Below are positions 20,722-28,337 of a stretch of 45,976 nt of DNA, one piece after another. Numbering within the stretch: position 1 is the first letter of the stretch; every line of letters begins with the position of its first letter. The stretch is taken from assembly GCA_035513115.1 (NCBI GenBank), contig DATKCP010000180.1, positions 1 through 45,976 of the forward strand. The letters are read 5' to 3'. Under the pieces are notes generated by a model, which saw nothing but the letters and a program-made list of their open reading frames with translations, was not told the origin of the DNA and did not search any database. The position numbers were made by a program, and so were the translations under genes. Source of the stretch: Candidatus Limnocylindria bacterium. Lineage in GTDB: Bacteria; Chloroflexota; Limnocylindria; P2-11E.

Positions 20722-21257
20722 CCTTCCCCATCTCACGCCAGGGGCTGCAGGACATCGCGCTCTTCCTCATCGCGGGGGCGGTGATCTTCGTGCTCCTCGC
20801 GCTCGTGACGCGCTACCGCGGCGGCGACTGGCGGCGTTTCGCGATCAGCGCCGGCGCGCTCGGCGTCCTCGTCATCGTGTCGTATGCGCTCGCGTTCACG
20901 GTCGCCCCGAACATTCCCACCCCGCCGGTCCCGTTCACCGCACGGTTCGTGCAGAACCCGACGCCGGACACACCCGAGACGATCGAGCGGGGCCGCGCAA
21001 CGTTCCAGGCGAACTGCGCGATCTGTCACGGATCGCGTGGCCTCGGTGACGGCCCGCAGGCCTTCCTGCTCCAACCCCGCCCCGTGAACCTGCAGCTGCA
21101 CGTGCCGCAGCACGCGGAGGGCGAGGTCTACTACTGGATCGGCGAAGGCGTCGCGGGGACGGGTATGCCGGCCTGGAAGGAGACGCTCGACGAGACGAAG
21201 CGCTGGGAGGTCGTGCGCTACCTTCAGGCACTCGCGTCGGGGAAGGTGGAACGCTGA
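20718..21257 (+). CDS. membrane-anchored mono-haem c-type cytochrome
   Basis: Two N-terminal TM helices, then a class I cytochrome c domain with CAICHG and a distal GMPAW Met. Confidence 0.85.
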   Translation: MTFPISRQGLQDIALFLIAGAVIFVLLALVTRYRGGDWRRFAISAGALGVLVIVSYALAFTVAPNIPTPPVPFTARFVQNPTPDTPETIERGRATFQANCAICHGSRGLGDGPQAFLLQPRPVNLQLHVPQHAEGEVYYWIGEGVAGTGMPAWKETLDETKRWEVVRYLQALASGKVER

Positions 21258-21297
21258 CCCGAGCCATCGGGAGTTCGATTCGACGACGTCAGCGGGA

Positions 21298-21852
21298 TCA
21301 GTGCTGCTCCTCGTCATCTCCGTCCATGGTGTGTCCCGGCGACGACGGCGCCGCGGTCATCAACGCGGGTGTCGGGCCCACGGTCCGCACCGGATCCGAC
21401 CCGGTACCTGCCTCCACCAGGATCGTGCCCTTCATCCCGCTCTCGTAGTGCCCCACCACGAAGCAGCCGAATTCGAACCGACCGACCTCCTGCGGCACCA
21501 TGAGCGTGAGGCTCGCCGCCGCGCGGGGAGCCAGCCGTAGCCCCTCGCCGACGTGACCCGCGGCGTGGTTCCCGCTCGTGTTGTCGGTCATTGCCAGCGC
21601 GAGCCAGTCGTACATGAAGCCCTTGCCCACCATGGCCTCGCGACCAGCCATGAACTCGTGCTCCTGGCTCCCGACGTTCCGGAAGCTCAGCGTGATCCGC
21701 TCGCCGGGCGTGACGCTGATCGTCGCGGGCGAGAATGCGAAGTCGCTCATGTCGATGCGGACGACGCGTCCGGCGTCGTTCGGCAGCGGCGCGTAACCGG
21801 ATCCGCACCCTGTGAGTAGTAGCGCCAACACGATCGCCACCGGGATGCGCAT
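21298..21852 (-). CDS. cupredoxin-fold (blue-copper-like) lipoprotein
   Basis: Signal MRIPVAIVLALLLTGCGS. Type-1 copper ligand pattern: ...QEHEF... and FGCFVVGHYESGM (Cys, His, Met). GGAGGTG lies 6 nt upstream of ATG 21852. Acidic/His tail: HTMDGDDEEQH. Confidence 0.85.
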   Translation of the reverse strand: MRIPVAIVLALLLTGCGSGYAPLPNDAGRVVRIDMSDFAFSPATISVTPGERITLSFRNVGSQEHEFMAGREAMVGKGFMYDWLALAMTDNTSGNHAAGHVGEGLRLAPRAAASLTLMVPQEVGRFEFGCFVVGHYESGMKGTILVEAGTGSDPVRTVGPTPALMTAAPSSPGHTMDGDDEEQH

Positions 21853-21873
21853 CGGGTCACCTCCACCGAGCCG

Positions 21874-21892
21874 TTGCCCTTTAGAAGGGCAA
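21874..21892. promoter_or_regulatory. perfect 8-3-8 inverted repeat TTGCCCTT-TAG-AAGGGCAA upstream of the cupredoxin gene
   Basis: Read directly from the sequence, 22 nt upstream of ATG 21852. It is followed by the direct repeat CGTAGCGCT-ctg-CGTAGCGCT (about 21895-21915). Confidence 0.4.
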
Positions 21893-21986
21893 ATCGTAGC
21901 GCTCTGCGTAGCGCTGACCGTCGAGCCGCAGCCCTGTCGGCGGGGTTCACCAGGGCTCACTAGTCTCCTCGTGTGGAGGCGAGGGA

Positions 21987-22658
21987 TTGAGCGAAGGCGG
22001 ACGAGTCGTGAGGGCGACTCACGGACTGCGGCGCGTGGAGCCGGACGCGCCCGATGAGCTCATGGAGTCGGCCGAGCTGCGGCAAACGATGTCGCGCGAG
22101 GACCTGCTGGCGAGGTTCGCCGCCGCCGCCCACGTCGAGGGTCCCGAGGGACAGCGGCAGCGCCGCGTGGTCCTGCGCGCGCTGTGCAAGCGATTTGGGA
22201 ACAGCGTGCGCATCGGGATGGGCGTACAGGTGCTGCACCCGCACACCTTCGAGATCGGCGACGCGGTCTTCATCGGGAACCAGACGTTCCTCCAGGGACG
22301 CCACGATGGGCACTGCGTCATCGGCGCGCACACCTGGATCGGCCCGATGTCGTACTTCGACTGCCGCGATATGGAGCTCGGCGAGTACGTGGGATGGGGT
22401 CCGGGCGCGAAGGTCCTCGGCAGCGAGCACACCGGCGAGCCGGTCGACGTCCCGATCATCCAGACCGACCTCGTCATCAAGCCCGTCCGCGTACGCGACG
22501 GCGCGGACATTGGCGTGAACGCCGTGCTGCTTCCGGGAGTGACCGTGGGCGCCGGCGCGATCGTGGGTGCGGGGGCGGTGGTGACGACGGATGTTCCGGA
22601 CCACTCGATCGTCGCGGGCGTGCCCGCGAAGCTGCTGCGCCGCCGCAAGAGCAGCTAG
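21987..22658 (+). CDS. left-handed beta-helix (hexapeptide-repeat) acyl/acetyltransferase
   Basis: Hexapeptide repeats IGDAVFIGNQTFL, IGAHTWIGP, VRDGADIGVNAVLLPGVTVGAGAIVGAGAVV and ...VAGVPAKLL. The start is uncertain (TTG 21987; GTG/ATG alternatives lie downstream). Confidence 0.85.
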   Translation: MSEGGRVVRATHGLRRVEPDAPDELMESAELRQTMSREDLLARFAAAAHVEGPEGQRQRRVVLRALCKRFGNSVRIGMGVQVLHPHTFEIGDAVFIGNQTFLQGRHDGHCVIGAHTWIGPMSYFDCRDMELGEYVGWGPGAKVLGSEHTGEPVDVPIIQTDLVIKPVRVRDGADIGVNAVLLPGVTVGAGAIVGAGAVVTTDVPDHSIVAGVPAKLLRRRKSS

Positions 22659-24019
22659 AGCGGGCTCGATCCGGTGATCGTCGCGCGAGCGACTTTGATC
22701 GGCGGACAGAGACAGACGATGGAGCCCATCCCGTTGGAGGACCACCAATCGCGCGCGAGGCGCTGCGGGCCCAGGAGGTCGATCCCGGAGAAGAGGTCGA
22801 GCGCGCTCATCCTGTAGCGCACGTTGGCCAGCGCGCGCGTGACCCGGCCGTCCTCGATGAGGAACGTGCCGTCGCGAGTGGTGCCGGTCATCGTGGCGCG
22901 CTTGGGATCCGGCGTGTTCGTGTAGTGGAAGCGGGTGATGAGCACACCGCGCTTCACCGCGCGGATCAGCTGACCGCGGGTCGCGTCACCGCCGGCCATC
23001 GTCAGGTTGCCGGCGTGGCCGCCCACGCCGTAGCGTCGGGGATCGGCGGCGTGGCCGGTCGACTGCGTGTCGAACCACTTCGCCGACTGACGGTCGTACA
23101 CGACGGCTCTCGCGACGCCGGACTCCACGAGCGCGACGCGCTGCTTCGGCGTGCCCTCGACGTCGAACGGGATCGAGAGGGTACGCGGGTCCAGCGCGTC
23201 GTCCCAGAGGGAGAACCGCGGCCCGGTGACCTGCTCGCCGAATCTGCCGGCCATGAAAGACCGCCCGTCCTTCAGCGTCTGGCCGGTGAGTCCGGTGAGC
23301 GACATGAAGCGCAGCACCTCCGCGACCGCGAGCTCCTCGAACACCGCCTCGTAGTCGCCAGGCTCGAGCTGCGCGCGGTCGCGGTCGAGGACCGCCTTCT
23401 CGATCGCGCGCGCGGCGACGTCCACGGGATCGAGCGATCGCGTGGTCCAGCCGAGATCCTCGGCCCAGCCGGTCCCGGTGTCGCTCGTGACCAGCGCGCG
23501 CAGGTAGGCCATGGTGCCCGGCGCGTAGGCCACGGCTCCGTTCGTGTTGGCCAGCGCGTCTTCGGTCAGCTCGATCTGATGCGTGCCGGCGGCGCGGAAA
23601 CCGCGAGCCTTCGCAGCCGCGGTGATGCGCTGGATCGCCGCGGCCTGGCCCGCGGCGTCGGCCTGCGCGGTCTCGGCGTCATACGCCCGCGCCTCGGGCA
23701 GTGGTGCCGGCGCGGCCAGGCCCGGCCAGTCGGCGTTGGGCGCGCTTTCGCGCGCCGCGGCCGTCGCGTCGGCGACCAGCCGCCGGAGATCGGCGGGGTC
23801 CAGCGAGTTCGCGCTCGCGATGCCCACCGCCTTCCCCACGATCACTCGTGCCTGCACGTGCGTCTCGTCGGCCACGGCGTTCTGATGGATCTGATCCTTC
23901 GCGTAGCGCGTGATCGCCGAGCGGCGCCGGTGCACCCAGAGCTCCGCTTCGCCGGCCTTCGCGCCGCGCAGCGCGTCCTCGAGCGGCGGGAGCATCGCGT
24001 CTCGACCGCGGACCGTCAC
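22655..24019 (-). CDS. pmbA: PmbA/TldE-family metalloprotease partner
   Basis: TldD/PmbA-family features across 454 aa (RYAKDQIHQNAVADE..., GTTRDGTFLIEDGRV). No HExxxH motif. GTGA overlap with tldD. Confidence 0.85.
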   Translation of the reverse strand: MTVRGRDAMLPPLEDALRGAKAGEAELWVHRRRSAITRYAKDQIHQNAVADETHVQARVIVGKAVGIASANSLDPADLRRLVADATAAARESAPNADWPGLAAPAPLPEARAYDAETAQADAAGQAAAIQRITAAAKARGFRAAGTHQIELTEDALANTNGAVAYAPGTMAYLRALVTSDTGTGWAEDLGWTTRSLDPVDVAARAIEKAVLDRDRAQLEPGDYEAVFEELAVAEVLRFMSLTGLTGQTLKDGRSFMAGRFGEQVTGPRFSLWDDALDPRTLSIPFDVEGTPKQRVALVESGVARAVVYDRQSAKWFDTQSTGHAADPRRYGVGGHAGNLTMAGGDATRGQLIRAVKRGVLITRFHYTNTPDPKRATMTGTTRDGTFLIEDGRVTRALANVRYRMSALDLFSGIDLLGPQRLARDWWSSNGMGSIVCLCPPIKVARATITGSSPL

Positions 24020-25452
24020 CCGCGCACCTCGATCGGCACGTCGCGGAAGCGCGCGTGCGCGGAGCCGTGGCCGACGCGCATGAGCTGCAGCGGCTCACCC
24101 TTCGCGCACGAGAGGAAGCCGTGGAGCTCCCAGTCATCAGCGACGCCGTCGCAGCGCCCCCAGAACGCCGGCGTCAGGGACTGGAACGAGACGCCGCGCG
24201 CGTAGCCCTCGAGCGCGCCGTTCCGGATCACGCGTGCCGACTGCGTCGAGAAGTGGAAGTTCTGGCGCTTGTCGTCGAGCGAGTAGGAGGCCGGGGCCTC
24301 GAGGAGCAGGCCGTCCTCCACGCCCTGCAGGAGCGCGTCGTAGCTCTGCGTCCCGGGATCGAGACTCACGTTCACCATCCGCACGATCGGAAAGTGCTGC
24401 CAGCCCTCGGCACGCGCCGAGCCGATGGCGACCGGCACGCCCAGCGCGGCGGCGGTCTCGCGCGACGTGAGGTACCCCACGAACGTGCCGCGGTCGATCA
24501 GCTTGGTACGCATGGCAGGCACGCCGTCGTCGTCCCAACCGAAGGTGCCCATACCGCCGGGGACCGTGGCGTCGGCGGTCATCGACACGTGCTCCGAGCC
24601 GTAGCGGAGATGGCCGCGGTCCTTGGGCCACATGAACGTCGTACCCGCGAACGCGACCTCGTACTCCAGCACGCGGTCGGCTTCGGTCGGATGGCCACAC
24701 GACTCGTGCACGAGCAGCGCGAGGAACTCGGGCGTGAAGACGAGCGTCGTCGGCCGCTCGGGCGCGAGCGGCGCGTCGAGCATGGCCTCCGCGTCGTCGC
24801 GATAGCGCGCGGCGCGCGCGACGAGGTCGAGGTGCTCGATGAACTCCCAGCCGGCCTGTCGCGTGAGCCGCCCGTCGTAACGCTGGGCGGGCTTGGCGCC
24901 GGCTTTCACCGCGGTGAGGCTCAGGCCCGCGCCCGACTCGACGATCTCCTGGTGAACGTCGGTGCCCTCGCTCGTCACGAGATGCTTGCGCGTCCGATAG
25001 GCGGAGACGCTCCCGCGGCGCGCCACGGCATGGGGTCCCTTCAGGCTCGCGTCGGCCTCCCGCAACAGCTCGATGCGCTCCGCCAGCGGGACCGCGAACG
25101 GGTCGCGCCGCAGGGTCGTGCTGTACTCGCCGCGCTGCGGCGCGATCGGCGCGAGCACGACCGGCGACGTGCGTGTGCGCGCCGCGGCCGTCGCGCGCGC
25201 GAAGGCCTCGTCGACGGTGGAGCGCAGTGACGTCTCGTCGGCGCGGTCGGTGGCGGCGAAGCCCCACGCGCCCTGGTGCATGACCCTGAAGCCGACGCCC
25301 CGGTCGCTCGCGCGCGTGACTGACTCGACCTCGCCGTCGCGCACCGACACTGACTGGTGCTCCCGCTCGACACGGCGGGCGTCGGCATAGGCGGCACCCC
25401 GTCGAGTTCCAAGGTCCACGAGTTGCGCCAGCTGGACATCGCGCTCGGGCAC
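24016..25452 (-). CDS. tldD: TldD-family zinc metalloprotease
   Basis: YADARRVEREHQSVSVRDGEV, GVGFRV, HESCGHPTEADR (HExxxH) and GMGTFGWDDDG. TAGTCT + 6 nt + GTG suggests a leaderless start. Confidence 0.95.
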   Translation of the reverse strand: MPERDVQLAQLVDLGTRRGAAYADARRVEREHQSVSVRDGEVESVTRASDRGVGFRVMHQGAWGFAATDRADETSLRSTVDEAFARATAAARTRTSPVVLAPIAPQRGEYSTTLRRDPFAVPLAERIELLREADASLKGPHAVARRGSVSAYRTRKHLVTSEGTDVHQEIVESGAGLSLTAVKAGAKPAQRYDGRLTRQAGWEFIEHLDLVARAARYRDDAEAMLDAPLAPERPTTLVFTPEFLALLVHESCGHPTEADRVLEYEVAFAGTTFMWPKDRGHLRYGSEHVSMTADATVPGGMGTFGWDDDGVPAMRTKLIDRGTFVGYLTSRETAAALGVPVAIGSARAEGWQHFPIVRMVNVSLDPGTQSYDALLQGVEDGLLLEAPASYSLDDKRQNFHFSTQSARVIRNGALEGYARGVSFQSLTPAFWGRCDGVADDWELHGFLSCAKGEPLQLMRVGHGSAHARFRDVPIEVRG

Positions 25453-25697
25453 GCCGGAAGACTACGTGAGCCAGACGTGTCGGTCCTCGCGCTGGTCGCA
25501 TACACTGGCGCCACAACAAAACGGCGCGCGCGACGACCAATGCGTTCGTGAGGAACGCGCTCGCGTACCGACCGCGCTTCGGCGACACGGAGACGTGGAC
25601 CAAAGAGCGTTTGGGACGAGGGTGAGCAACTAGCGCGTGACTCCGGGAGGGGTCCGCGAACGGGTCGGGCGGCGTGTGCGCTCCATAGGAGAATCCC

Positions 25698-27404
25698 TTG
25701 CCCGACGTCGCTCTCCTCATTGACTGGGAGAACGTCTACTACACGCTGCGGCAGCACACCACCGGACCGCTGCCGTCATCACTCGCGATCCTGCAGGCCA
25801 TCCTCAAAAAGGCAGCCGAGTTCGGCCCCGTGCGCGTGAAGCTCGCGATCTTCGGACAGGAGGTCGCGATGCAGGACGAGACGCTGCTCATGGCGCTCGA
25901 GTTCACCGGCATCGAGCCGATCCCGGTGGCCCAACGCATGAGCGGCCGGCTGCTCAAGGGCCGGTCCGACGCGGTCCTGATCACGCGCGCGATGAAGCTC
26001 CTGTACAAGGATCGGCCGGAGATCGACGTCTGGTTCATCGTCTCCGGCGACCGCGATCTCAATGCCCTGTGCAAGGCGCTGAAGGACGAGGACAAGAGCG
26101 TCTATCTCGTCGCGGGCGATCTCTCGCTCGCCAACGAGCTCCGCGAATCACCGCATCTGCGCGACGACGTCTTCCTGCTCGAGGACCTCATACCGGAGGC
26201 GCGCTGGACGCGGGGCGGCCTGCGGGCCGACGACACCCAGCACGGCAAAGAGGACGGCCACCGGGGGGCTGCGCCCCCCGAGAGCCCCCCGCGCGGCCGG
26301 ACTCGTCGCGGTGGACGTGGCGGAGGCGGGCGTGGCCTGCGTACGCCGCCGGTCGTCCCGGCCGTCGTGCCGACCGGAGCGCCGGAGTCCGACAAGGAGC
26401 AGCGACGGCTCGCGGTGCTGCTCCTCGACCAGCTCGTCGCCATCCATGCGTCGGCGATGGCGCGCGGCGACTTCGTCCGATCTGTCGTGCCGCTCTCCGA
26501 GAAGGAAGCCTCGAGCGTGCTCGAGGAGCGGATCGACGCGGCGATCGAGCAGCACCACATCGTGGCGAAGTTCGAGGGCCGCGCCCGCGCGAAGGCGAAG
26601 CAGCTCCTGTCGCCAAACATCAGCTCCCCGCTCGTGGCGGAGACGTACTTCCACTTCGTGCGCCTGCTCCGTCGCATCAACACCGTCACCAAGGACACCA
26701 AGCGCGTGCCGGTGGTCGAAGCCGTGCTCGATCCGCTCTCGCGCGCGGACCAGCCCGGCGGTATCGCTCGCGGCCGCACCCAGCGGCGCATCCTCCTCGA
26801 GACCCTGTTCAACATCGCCGAGGAACGCGGCGCCATCCAGAGCGAGGCGGTCCAGCGTGACGGCCGGGAGATCACGATGTGCTGGCTCGTTGACGACCAT
26901 CCGCTCGTCGTGTACGCGCGGCAGCCAGCCGCGGCCATCGCGCATCTCTTCAACTTCGTCAGCACGACGCGCGCGCACGGCGACCGCGCCGATTGGGTCA
27001 ACGCCGCGCTGTTCGCCGAGCTTCTCTCGCGAGTCGAGGGGGACGCGCTCGAGTCGAACATCCGCAGCGCCGTCGAGCGCGGGATCATGAAGCCGGAGGA
27101 CCACGGGAAGAAGGCCGGCTTCGTCGTCTCCCGCGATCATCCCGAGGTGCGCACGGTCCTGGGCGAGTTCGGCGGTCTGAACGGCGACGCGGTGGAGCGA
27201 GCGGTCGCGACTGCCACCGCGCCGGAGACCGAGGATGAGGACGAGGACGAGTCCGCTCCCACGGCGGCCACGGCGGCGGCGACCGAACCGCCGGCCGTGC
27301 CACGAAAGCGCACCCGCCGCGGGTCACGTGGTGGTCGCCGGCGCGGTGGACGCGGGCGCAAGAACGCGACCGCGGCCGGTACTGGAACGGAAGCCGCGGA
27401 CTGA
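25698..27404 (+). CDS. NYN/LabA-like (PIN-fold nuclease) domain protein with two RGG boxes and a ~270-aa unknown domain
   Basis: The N-terminal domain (ALLIDWENVYY..., RSDAVLITRAMKLL, WFIVSGDRDLNALCKALK, VYLVAGD) fits the NYN/DUF88 pattern. RGG boxes: RGRTRRGGRGGGGRGLR and [27 protein letters not shown] lies 4 nt upstream of the TTG start. Confidence 0.85.
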   Translation: MPDVALLIDWENVYYTLRQHTTGPLPSSLAILQAILKKAAEFGPVRVKLAIFGQEVAMQDETLLMALEFTGIEPIPVAQRMSGRLLKGRSDAVLITRAMKLLYKDRPEIDVWFIVSGDRDLNALCKALKDEDKSVYLVAGDLSLANELRESPHLRDDVFLLEDLIPEARWTRGGLRADDTQHGKEDGHRGAAPPESPPRGRTRRGGRGGGGRGLRTPPVVPAVVPTGAPESDKEQRRLAVLLLDQLVAIHASAMARGDFVRSVVPLSEKEASSVLEERIDAAIEQHHIVAKFEGRARAKAKQLLSPNISSPLVAETYFHFVRLLRRINTVTKDTKRVPVVEAVLDPLSRADQPGGIARGRTQRRILLETLFNIAEERGAIQSEAVQRDGREITMCWLVDDHPLVVYARQPAAAIAHLFNFVSTTRAHGDRADWVNAALFAELLSRVEGDALESNIRSAVERGIMKPEDHGKKAGFVVSRDHPEVRTVLGEFGGLNGDAVERAVATATAPETEDEDEDESAPTAATAAATEPPAVPRKRTRRGSRGGRRRGGRGRKNATAAGTGTEAAD

Positions 27405-27796
27405 TGGCGCGGGTCCTCATCGTGGAAGACGACGCCGCCAGCATGGACCTCGCGCTCCGCATCGTGCGGCTGGCGCGCCACGAGCCCATCACGACGATGG
27501 ACGGCGAGACCGCGTTCGCCGTCGCGCAGGCAACGCATCCAGAGCTCATCCTGCTCGACCTGCACATCCCGAGATTGGACGGTTATGCGTTCGCGCGCGC
27601 GGTGCGCAAGGAGCCCTGGGGCAAGGACATGCCCATGGTCGCCGTGTCGGCGTCCGCCACGCCGGTGGATCGCGAGCATGCGATCGCGGCGGGATGCGAC
27701 GGATTCCTCGCGAAGCCGTACTACCCCGAGCAGCTGCGGGCCGTGATCGACCAGTACCTCCCCGCGAGCGCAAAGCGCACACAAAAAGACCGCTAA
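27404..27796 (+). CDS. single-domain (CheY-like) response regulator
   Basis: VLIVEDD, LILLDLHIPRLDG, MVAVSASA, GFLAKP. The ATG overlaps the TGA of the NYN gene by 1 nt. Confidence 0.9.
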   Translation: MARVLIVEDDAASMDLALRIVRLARHEPITTMDGETAFAVAQATHPELILLDLHIPRLDGYAFARAVRKEPWGKDMPMVAVSASATPVDREHAIAAGCDGFLAKPYYPEQLRAVIDQYLPASAKRTQKDR

Positions 27797-27938
27797 CCGA
27801 CAAAGTCCACTTTTCGTGCTCGACCCTTCGCGGGGGGAAGGCCCTTGGTCTTCACCGATACGCGATCGTCGCATTAAGCGAGTACGGCTGGCGTCAACTC
27901 AGCCGCCTCATGGCATGCTGCGCGCAACGACTGGGGTC

Positions 27939-28337
27939 ATGGGGTCGCCCAGGAACAGACGCACGCGAGTCGTCGTGGTCGTCGAGGATGACCGGCAGAT
28001 CGGCGAGCTGCTGGCGGGCGTCATCAATGACGAGGCGGGCTACCGCGCCATCCACCTGACCCAGCCAGGCGATGCACTGCGCACGCTGGAGCAGCTGAAG
28101 CCGGACCTGTTGGTGCTCGACGTCAGCCTACCCGAGATGAGCGGTCTCGAGCTCTACGATCGCCTGCAGCAGGACGAGCGCATGCGGAACGTGCCGGTGA
28201 TATTCGAGACCGCCGTGGCGCGCGAGCACGGAGCGGAGTTTCGGAAGCGCGGGATCACCAAGGTCCTGCAGAAGCCCTTCGACCTGAACGATCTCATCGC
28301 GGGTGTCAAGGAGCTTGCCCCACCGATCGCGGCCTAA
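27939..28337 (+). CDS. single-domain (CheY-like) response regulator
   Basis: VVVVVEDD, LLVLDVSLPEMSG, VIFETA, VLQKPF. ATG 27939 was chosen; ATG 27915 is an alternative. Confidence 0.85.
   Translation: MGSPRNRRTRVVVVVEDDRQIGELLAGVINDEAGYRAIHLTQPGDALRTLEQLKPDLLVLDVSLPEMSGLELYDRLQQDERMRNVPVIFETAVAREHGAEFRKRGITKVLQKPFDLNDLIAGVKELAPPIAA

Noticed and set aside
21258-21297. Short hairpin (CCCGA-gcca-TCGGG) between the convergent cytochrome c and cupredoxin genes, considered as an intrinsic terminator.
   Set aside because: It has only a 5-bp stem and no U-tract on either strand, which is too weak to call.
22184-25720. Long alternative-frame and antisense ORFs over pmbA/tldD (22184..24205 at 673 aa, 24055..25230, and 24137..25720 at 527 aa).
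   Set aside because: These are shadow ORFs. The TldD/PmbA frames carry the HExxxH and family motifs and are start/stop coupled.
27797-27938. Lower-GC spacer between the two CheY genes, considered as an ncRNA or terminator (CCTTC-gcgggg-GAAGG).
   Set aside because: It has a short stem, no U-tract and no recognisable RNA family. It is more simply a promoter region for the second CheY gene.
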